DNA from: Eledone cirrhosa
Lineage: Eukaryota
Length of the DNA stretch: 64,000 nt
NCBI GenBank assembly: GCA_964016885.1
Contig: OZ024762.1
Coordinates: 20,398,001-20,462,000, forward strand
Direction of reading: 5' to 3'
The notes below the pieces were generated by a model. The model did not search any database, had not been told where the DNA came from, and worked only from the letters and a program-made list of their open reading frames with translations. Position 1 is the first letter of the stretch. Each line of letters starts with the position of its first letter. This document shows positions 25,948-38,054 of the stretch, piece after piece. A program made the position numbers and the translations under genes.

Positions 25948-26694
25948 TATTTGTTTATTGAAAAAAACAATGATTCAATACAATAGGTCTGTTTGGGAAC
26001 AGGTTTTGAATTGACCAATAGAAAGATAGTGGAGGGAGATAGTAATATAGTAGTAGTAAATGTAATATAGTTATCTACATATATATACATATATATATAC
26101 ACACATATATATACATATATACATATATACATATATACATATATACTAAACTACATATTTTACACATTTCACAATGCTTCAAGCAAACTTTAACACCCTC
26201 TTATCATATACATATATATATATATACATATATATATACAAACACACATGATGTAACTATATATATATATACATATATATATACATATACATATATATAT
26301 ACACATATATATATACATATATATATACACAAACACATGACGTGACACATTTGTACAATTTGTTTGTTTGTACATTCTTTAAAACCCATTAAAACTGTGA
26401 GATTAGCTCGAGTAGAAAGACGTGGAGGCAGAACCAGACATTATGGCCACCCTGTTGAAGAGTCAACTGAACGCAGCGTTAAAGGTTACCTCCCTTGATT
26501 CGGATGATGGCCACCCACGTTCCATTCGGTCAGACTCTTTTACCTGAAAGTGTTTCTGTCTTTTGACATTTTCAACTTAAAGACTGTCACAGCTACTGAA
26601 ACCAAAGTGATATTTGAAAGTCAACAAGACTAGGAGATCATTGAACCATGGTGATATTTTACAAAGAGATATGTTTACCCTTTTGTCAACAGGA

Positions 26695-27535
26695 TGTCAC
26701 ACTAGCCAGTCTTACTACTGCCTCCACCACCACCATCACTGCCACCTTCACTGCCACCTTCACTGCCAATATAACACTAGCCAGTCTTACTACTGCCTCC
26801 ACCACCACCACCACCACCACCACTGCCACCATCACCACTGCCAATATGACACTAGCCAGTCTTACCACCACCACCACCACCACCACCACCACCAACACCA
26901 CCAACACTACCACCACCACCACCATCCCATCACCACCATTTCCACCAACACCACCAACACTACCACCACCACCACCACCACCAACACTACCACCACTACC
27001 ACCACCACCACCATCCCATCACCACCATTACCACCAACACCACCACCACCACCAACACGACCACCACCACCACCACCACCACCACCACCACCACCAACAC
27101 CAACACCACCACCAACACTACCACCACCACCACCACCAACAACACCACCACCAACACCACCACCACCACCAACACCACCATCCCATCACCACCATTACCA
27201 CTACTGATCATTATATCTCATACATTCCATCTATTGTTTGTTGTTGGTAGCCTTGTTGTTTTTGGTGATGTTGTTGTTGTTGTTGTTAATGGTGATAGTG
27301 GTGATGGTGGTGGTGGTGGTGGTGGTAACATTGGTAATATTGTTGGTGGTGGTGGTGATGTTGGTGGTGGTGGTGGTGTGGTAGGTGGTGATGGTGTGGT
27401 TGGTGGTGATGGTGTGGTTGGTGGTGGTGGTGTGGTGATGGTGTGGTGGTGTGGTGGTGGTGTGGTGGTGTGGTGGTGGTGTGGTTGGTGGTGGTGGTAG
27501 TGATGTTGGTATGATGTTGGTGGTAGTGGTGGTGC
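26695..27535. repeat. (CAC)n array followed by a complementary (GGT)n array
   Basis: Read directly. Includes three copies of ACACTAGCCAGTCTTAC. Confidence 0.9.
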
Positions 27536-27944
27536 TGTTCGTTTTTCAATTTTTTTATTTGTTTGTACTGTTTATTGTTGATATTACGTAATAATTATTT
27601 CAACATTTTATATATATATATATTATATTAGGAAGGGCATCCGGCTGTAGAAAACCTGCCAGAGACAGTCTGTACGAGCGCGCGTGATTTTTGCTCAGAT
27701 TAGAGTAAACATCACGGGCGCTCTATCTTAAAATTATTTTTGAAAAGCATTAGAAATACACAACCGGTAAAAACTCAAAACAAAAACTGAATACTAACTA
27801 ATACTTATTACTAATTTATACTTATTCCTAATTAAACTATTTTTCACTGGGAAAAATTTGTCAGCATTTTCTTTTCCTTTTTACTAATATATCACAACTC
27901 GTGTGTCAGACCTCTATTTTTTAAAAATATATATATATATATAT

Positions 27945-28137
27945 AGTTTTAATATAGATGAGATTCTACAGGACTAGAACTGTTTCATTCTTTAGAAATC
28001 ATCATGATTCCTGATGATTTCTAAAGAATGAAACAGTTCTAGTCCTGTAGAATCTCATCTATATTAAAACTTTTATACTCTGCAATGTATTGAGTACCTT
28101 ACTTACTGTGGTTACCTCCGATTCAACCCGGAATAAC

Positions 28138-28140
<3 letters not shown>
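27945..28140 (+). mobile_element. Family-Y Penelope-like pLTR fragment with 60-bp perfect fold-back, between (TA)n tracts
   Basis: Arms 27945-28004 and 28012-28071. Homologous to 20050-20177. Confidence 0.65.
28006..28054 (+). ncRNA. Type I hammerhead ribozyme motif
   Basis: gattc CTGATGA tttctaaagaat GAAA cag ttctagtc ctg TA gaatc. 5-bp stem I, predicted cleavage after GUA (28049). Confidence 0.6.
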
Positions 28141-28172
<32 letters not shown>

Positions 28173-28179
28173 CGTTTCT

Positions 28180-28349
28180 GAATTTGTTTAGCAAGATTCT
28201 TTATCTGAAAACGATATTGTTATACTTTGGGAGGGTCATGTTGCCAATAAGAAACACACGCACTGGTGCGTGTGTTTCTTATTGGCAACATGACCCTCCC
28301 AAAGTATAACAATATCGTTTTCAGATAAAGAATCTTGCTAAACAAATTC
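28180..28349. repeat. Perfect hairpin with 84-bp arms, made of family-X sequence
   Basis: Arms 28180-28263 and 28266-28349 with a 2-nt loop. Confidence 0.95.
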
Positions 28350-28351
28350 TA

Positions 28352-28498
28352 ACACTGTAAATGTGGTTGGTGTTAGGAAGGGCATCCAACTGTAGAAAAC
28401 CCGCCAGACAGTCCTATGCGAGCAAGACAACCACTCTTGCCTCAAGTGGGAAAACCCCCGTCCAAACCCATGCAAGCGTGGAACACGGACGCTAAACC

Positions 28499-28535
<37 letters not shown>
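28352..28535 (+). mobile_element. SINE/RTE 3'-end fragment
   Basis: Same subfamily as 8933-9230, with (GAT)n tail. Confidence 0.8.
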
Positions 28536-28989
28536 ATATATATACATATATATATATATGAAATATATGAAATGATATATAACGGATTCAGTTTGAAACT
28601 GGTTAGATCATTATTCACCGGAGTTGCAGCTGATAGATAGCATCAGCTGATAACCTTGAATGGATGAAAAGCAAAGTTGACATCAGCAGGATTCAAACTC
28701 AGGGAGCCGAGAGCATTTTATCCTTGGTTCTAATACTTCTGATAATTTGCTGTAGGTATGAACCTGTAACTCCCAAGGGAGTCATAGAGGCACCATATTG
28801 ACATATGGTGTTTCTAGGGCATTTTTTAAAACCTGGCAGAGCCCATCTTCTCCTCTCCAGGTTTGAATACAGTAGATTTCTTCTAGAGAAGGATAGAGAG
28901 TGAGGGAATGGAAGTGAGAAATATAGAGGAAGAATCGACCCCAGTACTGGACTGGTATGTTTTTTATTGAGCACATCAACCCCAATACT

Positions 28990-29962
28990 TTTTATCAACC
29001 TCAGCAGGATTTGAACTCAGAAAGCAAAAAGCCAGTAGTAATATAGCAAAGAATTTTCTCTGCTGTTCTCACACCTCTGCCAATTCGCTGAGAGAATGAA
29101 AGTGAGAACAAGATATAGAGGAAGAATCACCAGCAATAGACTGGTCTGGTACTTTTTTTTATCGACCATGACAGGATTTGAACTCAGAAAGCAAAGAGTA
29201 ATATAGCAAAGAATTTTATCTGCTGTCCTCACAATTCTTTCAATTCACTGAGAGAATGAAAGTGAAAAAGAGATATAGAGGAAGAATCAACACTGGTAAT
29301 AACTGGTACTTTTTTTTATCCACCTCAGCAGGATTTGAACTCAGAAAGCAAAGAACCGGTAGTAATATAGCAAAACATTTTATCTGCTGTTCTCACAATT
29401 CTGCCAATTCGCTGAGAGAATCAACACCGGTAGGTAATAACTGGTACTTTCTTTATTGACCTCAGCAGGATTTGAACTCAGAAAACAAAGAACCGGTAGT
29501 AATATAGCAAAATATTTTATCTGCTGTTCCCACAATTCTGCCAATTCACTGAGAGAATCAACACCGGTAGGTAATAACTGGTACTTTCTTTATTGACCTC
29601 GGAAGGATTTGAACTCAGAAAACAAAGAACCGGTAGTAATATAGCAAAATATTTTATCTGCTGTTCCCACAATTCTGCCAATTCACTGAGAGAATCAACA
29701 CCGGTAGGTAATAACTGGTACTTTCTTTATTGACCTCGGAAGGATTTGAACTCAGAAAACAAAGAACCGGTAGTAATATAGCAAAATATTTTATCTGCTG
29801 TTGTCACAATTCTGCCAATTCACTGAGAGAATCAACACCGGTAGGTAATAACTGGTACTTTCTTTATTGACCGCAGTAGGATTTGAACTCAGAAAACAAA
29901 GAACCGGTAGTAATATAGCAAAATATTTTATCTGCTGTTACCACAATTCTGCCAATTTGCCA
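28990..29962 (-). repeat. Tandem array of about 137 bp made of Meta-type SINE fragments
   Basis: ACTGGTACTTTCTTTATTGACCTC..GGATTTGAACTCAGAAA..AATTCTGCCAATTC recurs. Spacing 29421 to 29558 is 137 bp. Confidence 0.85.
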
Positions 29963-30349
29963 ACTCTTTTAATACATGTAGAAACCATTAAAAACATCAT
30001 CATCATCAACAACAAGAACATAAATAAATCAACAACCAAGCAACATACTTACATAATGCTTTGTAGTACCATCTTGTTACTAATGGAACCAACCAATTGT
30101 TCAGCTACTACTCCCCACACTCTTCTTATTTCTTCACACAAATCAAATTTCAAAACAATATGGCTTTTTTTTTTCCTATTCTCTTTTTTTGGTTATCCTT
30201 GGAATAATTATTTTGATGTTATTGCTGCTGTTGTCGTTGTTGTTGTCATTATTTCCATTGATTTAGCAAATTTGATTAATATATTTATATATACACATAT
30301 AAATACATCATATGTCTGTATATATACATATAAATTAAATATATATAAT

Positions 30350-30380
<31 letters not shown>

Positions 30381-30552
30381 TATAATTATATCATATATTT
30401 TAATGATAAACACATATATACATATGTGTGTTTGTGATTGTATGTATGTCTCCTTGCTTCTTCTTTCCTTTAAGTCTATATATATATATATAGAGAGAGA
30501 GAGATAGATAGATAGATAGATAGATAGATTGATGTGTGTGTGTGTACGTGAG

Positions 30553-30583
<31 letters not shown>

Positions 30584-30690
30584 GTGTGTGTGTGTATGTA
30601 TATATATAAAATAAAAAAATGACTGATACAAAAACAATTAAGTGTTATTAGGTTCACGTTTTGGATGAAATTATATATACATATATATAA

Positions 30691-30774
<84 letters not shown>

Positions 30775-31194
30775 TTCAACTTAAATGCTCACAGTTGGTC
30801 TAATATCTGATATATCAACAAAAACGTGTAGAAGCATTCACGGGGCCAGAGATGTTAGTAGCTTCAGTTATCAACTGAAAATAATTAATTTAGATAGTTT
30901 TCAAATTTATTATAGTAGGTAGTTGGAAAGGGTGTGGGGTGGTTTAAGCGATGGCCCTGACACCCCACGAGCCCACCCCCACCCCTACCCTACACAAACG
31001 TTGACTGAAAAAACAACAAAAATGTCGCAACTTTTATAAACTGTTAAAAGAAAAGTACTCTGAATATTATTATTAATGTTGTTGTTGCTGTTGTTGTTGT
31101 TGTTGCTGCTGCTGTTTTTGTTGCTGTTGTTGTTGTTGTTGTTGCTGTTGCTTTCATTTTTGTTTTCTACATTGCTTTTACTGTCTGTTGCTCA

Positions 31195-31266
31195 CACATA
31201 CACATACATGCTCTCTCATTCTGTATATATATACATACATACATACATATACACTTTCTCTCTCAT

Positions 31267-31298
<32 letters not shown>

Positions 31299-31462
31299 CT
31301 TTCTCTCTCATTCTGTGTATATATATATATATATATACATATACACTTTCTCTCTCATTCTGTGTGTATATATATATATACATACATATACACTTTCTCT
31401 ATCATTCTGTGTATATATATATATATATATACATATACATACATATACACTTTCTCTCTCAT

Positions 31463-31508
<46 letters not shown>

Positions 31509-31666
31509 CACACTTTCTCTCTCATTCTGTATATATATATATATACATATATATACACTTTCTCTCTCATTCTGTGTGTATATATATATATATATACACA
31601 TATACACTTTCTCTCTCATTCTGTGTATATATATATATATATACACATATACACTTTCTCTCTCAT

Positions 31667-31724
<58 letters not shown>

Positions 31725-31749
31725 CATATATATACACTTTCTCTCTCAT

Positions 31750-31791
<42 letters not shown>

Positions 31792-31908
31792 CACTTTCTC
31801 TCTCATTCTGTGTATATATATATATACATACATATACACTTTCTCTCTCATTCTGTGTATATATATATATATATATACATATACATACATATACACTTTC
31901 TCTCTCAT

Positions 31909-31952
<44 letters not shown>

Positions 31953-32329
31953 CACACTTTCTCTCTCATTCTGTATATATATATATATACATATATATAC
32001 ACTTTCTCTCTCATTCTGTATGTATATATATATATATATACACATATACACTTTCTCTCTCATTCTGTGTATATATATATATATACATATACACTTTCTC
32101 TCTCATTCTGTGTATATATATATATACACATATACACTTTCTCTCTCATTCTGTGTATATATATATATACACATATACACTTTCTCTCTCATTCTGTGTA
32201 TATATATATATACACATATACACTTTCTCTCTCATTCTGTGTATATATATATATACACTTTCTCTATCATTCTATCCACACACACATATATATATATATA
32301 TATATACACACTTTCTCTCTCATTCTGTG

Positions 32330-32404
<75 letters not shown>

Positions 32405-32700
32405 TTTCTCTATCATTCTATCCACACACATATATATATATATATATATACACACTTTCTCTCACTTCATCTCATTATGTACATATACATACACATTCTC
32501 TTTCATTCTGTATGCATATATATATAGACACACACACACACACTTTCCCCCCCTTTTCTCTCATGTACATACACACACACACACACTCATTCTGTATATA
32601 TATATATATAGACACACACACATACTTTCTCTATCTCATTCTATACATATACACACACACACCCTCGCTCTCATTCTGTACATAAGACACACACACTAAT
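31195..32700. repeat. Compound minisatellite: CACTTTCTCTCTCATTCTGTG alternating with variable (TA)n
   Basis: Read directly. Confidence 0.95.
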
Positions 32701-32779
32701 ATACACATACACACACACACACTAATATACACATACACACACTCATTAAGTATAAACACACACACGCTCACTCTCTCTC

Positions 32780-33390
32780 ATTCTCACACACACTCAAACA
32801 CACACACTCAAACACATACTCTCAAAAACACACACTCAAACGCACACACTCAAAGACACACACTCAAACACCCACACTAAAACACACACACACAAACACA
32901 CACACTCAAACACACACACTAAAACACACACACTCAAACACACACATTCAAACACACACACTCAAACACACACACTCAAACACTCACACTCAAACACTCA
33001 CACTCAAACACACACCCTCAAACACAGACTCAAACACACACACTCAAAGACACACACTAAAACACCCACACTAAAACACACACATTCAAACATACACACA
33101 TTCAAACACACACACTCAAACACACACACTAAAACACACACATTCAAACACACACACTCAAACACACACACTCAAACACTCACACTCAAACACACACCCT
33201 CAAACACAGACTCAAACACACACACTCAAAGACACACACTAAAACACCCACACTAAAACACACACATTCAAACATACACACATTCAAACACACACACTCA
33301 AACACACACACATTCAAACACACACACTCAAACACACACACACACTCAAACACACACACACTCAAACACACACACCCACTCAAACACATA
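32780..33390. repeat. CACACTCAAA-type compound repeat
   Basis: Read directly. Confidence 0.9.
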
Positions 33391-33447
33391 CATATTTACC
33401 AGAAGCAGTGTAATCTTATCTGCTCTGTATATATATTGTAAACACAT

Positions 33448-33532
33448 CCCTGCCCCCCTCACCCCACCCTGCCCCCCTCACCCCACCCTGCCCCCCTCAC
33501 CCCACCCTGCCCCCCTCACCCCACCCTGCCCC
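33448..33532. repeat. 19-bp C-rich repeat x4 (G-quadruplex-prone on minus strand)
   Basis: CCCTGCCCCCCTCACCCCA x4. Confidence 0.85.
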
Positions 33533-33611
33533 ATTTTCTTTTTGTTTTATTTCCTATGTTATCAGCTACTATTTGAATAAACAGTCCTCTTTGCCTAGTT
33601 TCATTTAGGTT

Positions 33612-33817
33612 ACACACACACACACATACACACACACACACATACACATACACACATACACACACAGATACACATTCTTATATATACTTGCACACACACA
33701 CAGATACACATACTTATATATACTTGCACACACACACACATACACATACACACATACACACACAGATACACATTCTTATATATACTTGCACACAGATACA
33801 CATTCTTATATATACTT

Positions 33818-33861
<44 letters not shown>

Positions 33862-33959
33862 ATTCTTATATATACTTGCACACAGATACACATACTTATA
33901 TATACTTGCACACACAGACACACACACACACACACAGATACACATTCTTATATATACTT

Positions 33960-33994
<35 letters not shown>

Positions 33995-34185
33995 TACACA
34001 TACTTATATATACTTGCACACACACACACAGATACACATACTTATATATACTTGCACACACACACACACACACACACACAGATACACATTCTTATATATA
34101 CTTGCACACAGATACACATTCTTATATATACTTGCACACACAGACACACACACACACACACAGATACACATTCTTATATATACTT

Positions 34186-34220
<35 letters not shown>

Positions 34221-34855
34221 TACACATACTTATATATACTTGCACACACACACAAACACACATACACATACTTATATATACTTGCACACACACACAAACA
34301 CACATACACATACTTATATATACTTGCACACACACACACAGATACACATTCTTATATATACTTGCACACAGATACACATACTTATATATACTTGCACACA
34401 CACACACACACATACACATACTTATACATATTTGCACACACACACACACACACATACACATACTTATACATATTTGCACACACACACACACACAGATACA
34501 CATTCTTATATATACTTGCACACAGATACACATACTTATATATACTTGCACACACACACACACACATACACATACTTATACATATTTGCACACACACACA
34601 CACACACATACACATACTTATACATATTTGCACACACACACACACACAGATACACATTCTTATATATACTTGCACACAGATACACATACTTATATATACT
34701 TGCACACACACACACACACATACACATACTTATACATATTTGCACACACACACACACACACATACACATACTTATACATATTTGCACACACACACACACA
34801 CAGATACACATTCTTATATATACTTGCACACAGATACACATACTTATATATACTT

Positions 34856-34894
<39 letters not shown>

Positions 34895-35470
34895 TACACA
34901 TACTTATATATACTTGCACACACACACAAACACACATACACATACTTATATATACTTGCACACACACACACAGATACACATTCTTATATATACTTGCACA
35001 CAGATACACATACTTATATATACTTGCACACACACACACACACATACACATACTTATATATACTTGCACACACACACACAGATACACATTCTTATATATA
35101 CTTGCACACAGATACACATACTTATATATACTTGCACACACACACACACACATACACATACTTATACATATTTGCACACACACACACACACACATACACA
35201 TACTTATACATATTTGCACACACACACACACACAGATACACATTCTTATATATACTTGCACACAGATACACATACTTATATATACTTGCACACACACACA
35301 CACACACACATACACATACTTATACATATTTGCACACACACACACACACACATACACATACTTATACATATTTGCACGCACACACACACACACACAGATA
35401 CACATTCTTATATATACTTGCACACAGATACACATACTTATATATACTTGCACACACATACATACACACA
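33612..35470. repeat. Compound minisatellite: GATACACATTCTTATATATACTTG alternating with (CA)n
   Basis: Read directly. A 154-bp higher-order period is visible at 34382/34536/34690. Confidence 0.95.
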
Positions 35471-36209
35471 GATGCACATAAACACATACATTTATATATA
35501 GTTCCACATACCCACACACACACACACACACGTGAGCAAGACATTGTCACCTGACCAGTCTCGTGTCATGTACGTGACAACATGTGTAACACATGAAACG
35601 TAAAATAGACATTACGTGGTGATAGTACATACATACATACAGTCTGTAGGCACCTCTTAACCAAATATACACCCCAATCCACCACCCCTACCCTATCCCC
35701 CCCCCACCCCCACACACACACGTGAGCAAGACATTGTCAATTTTTAAGATTGTGACCATTTTCTCATATCTTAGTCTCAGCAAAAGCAAGGGGGAGTATC
35801 CGATAATGTTGTTTCTCACTTTCTGGTGGTTGTCAAGGTTACACATCCACTTTGATTCTGCTGAGATTGAAATAAGCTAAAATCATATAGATTTTTTTCA
35901 CTTATGTATATGAGCTAATGAAGCTCATTTGCATACACAGTGGTAGCTGGCTCAGCTTCAATTAAAAAATTAGTATTGGTGCTCCAACATAGCATTATAC
36001 ACACATATGTACATGTTTTATATCAAATGATATACAAGATGTAGAACAAACTTGGTATAAATATCCAAGTGTTTAGAGCACTCAGACTGTGGGACAATGG
36101 CATTTACAGATACTTAAGTTTCATTGGGTTTAATGCCAACTCATTCAGTTTGCCATTGTGGCAGGCTGAATGAGTTGCTGTTAAACCATTGTGCCATATG
36201 CCACTGCTT

Positions 36210-36850
36210 TGATACTATGGGCATGTGGTTTGAATGTCTCAGGAAAAAATCACTGGACAGATCTTACTTGATAAAGTGTGTAGCTCGGATATCAGAGAGT
36301 CACTCTAGGTAGAGCTGCAGCTTCTCCGAATTGAGATATCACAGCTCCGATACTATGGACATGTGGTTAGAATGTCTCAGGAAAGAATCACTGGACAGAT
36401 GTGTACCTCGGTGACCAGAGAGCCACTCTAGGTAAATCTGCAGCTTCTCCGAATTGAGATATCACAGCTCCGATACTATGGACATGTGGTTAGAATGTCT
36501 CAGGAAAGAATCACTGGACAGATGTGTACCTCGGAGATCAGAGAGCCACTCTAGGTAAATCTGCAGCTTCTCCAAATTGAGATATCACAGCTCCGATACT
36601 ATGGACATGTGGTTAGAATGTCTCAAGAAAGAATTGCTGGACAGATTTTATGAGCAAAACCAACCTGCAAGAAACCCAGGGATAGACCTCGAATAAGATG
36701 GTTGGATAACATCCATGAGCTTGGCTGGTCTCACTTGGGGATCCAGCCGGATTAGTTGGAGTCAGTTGCTTCTGTCAGGACCCACTGGAAGGAGTGTTTG
36801 AGGACTCTGCCCCCACGACCTTCACAGGAATAAGTGGGCAAAGAAGAGAA
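36210..36850 (+). mobile_element. RTE LINE family B, 3' end, with a 123-bp segment repeated about 3 times
   Basis: LLRIEISQLRYYGHVVRMSQERI repeated, then PRDRPRIRWLDNI..WKECLRTLPPRPSQE* and a GGGCAAAGAAG tail. Confidence 0.8.
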
Positions 36851-36935
36851 AATATATATATATAAAGAAATTCAACAAGGAACAATGAACACATGAGGGC
36901 AATACAGTAGAATGGTGATAAAGTAGGAAACCAGC

Positions 36936-36969
36936 CTTAACGTTTTGGACAATAGTCCTTCATCAGAAG
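36936..36969 (-). ncRNA. Minimal Penelope-type hammerhead motif (G12 mutated to A)
   Basis: Minus strand: ctt CTGATGA a ggac tatt gtcc AAAA cgt T aag. Confidence 0.55.
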
Positions 36970-37089
36970 AGAGAATGAGGAGAAAAGAGGTTGTTTGGGA
37001 GAAAGAAGATGAAATAGAATGATAGACAGGAGTCAGAAAAGAAAGAATACAGGAAAGTTTGTCAGCCATATTGATATTTTACATCCTTA

Positions 37090-37761
37090 TTTTGACGATA
37101 GCATGGGTTGGATGATAACAATGATGATGATGATGATGATGACAATGTTGGCGATGATGGTGGTGGTGGTGGTGGTGGAGGCAATGATGATGATGATGTT
37201 GTTGATGGTAATGATGATGATGATGGTGGCAATGATCATGACAATGACAGTGGTGGTGGTGGTGGTGACATTGATGATGGTAACAATGATGATGATGATG
37301 ACAATGGTGATGATGATGATGATGACAATGGTGATGATGATGGTGAGAATGATGGTGAGAATGATAAGACAGTATGATAGTAATTATCTACAATCAGCAG
37401 TGTAGGTTGTTATCCCACAGCTCACACATACATACACATATACACATACATACACATATACACATACATACATACATATATACGCATACATACATACGCA
37501 CACACACACATACATACATACACATACATACATACATACACAGACATATACACATACACACACACACACATACATACACATATACACATACATACATATA
37601 TACACATACATACATATATACACATACATACATATATACACATACATACACATAGACATATACATACATATATACACATACATACACATATACACATACA
37701 TACATATATACACATACATACATACATACATATATACACATACATACATACACACACATAC

Positions 37762-37796
<35 letters not shown>

Positions 37797-37915
37797 TATA
37801 CAGACTCATATATACACATATGCACACACACATACATACACAGATTCACACATACACATACATACACATACACACATACATACACATACACACATACATA
37901 CACATACATACAAAG
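37090..37915. repeat. (GAT/GGT)n then (CATA)n arrays
   Basis: Read directly. Confidence 0.9.
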
Positions 37916-38054
37916 ACTCACAAGGTACAAAACAGAAATGAAATAATAGTAATAATAATAATGATAACAATAAAAAGAAGGGAGAGGAGGAAGAGATAGG
38001 GTGGGAGGGGGAGGGGGAATGTTGTTTATTATCTAAACTAAGTTACTACTTAGG

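Noticed and set aside
31195-35470. CRISPR-like constant repeat with variable spacers
   Set aside because: The spacers are only (TA)n or (CA)n of varying length, the context is eukaryotic and there are no cas genes.
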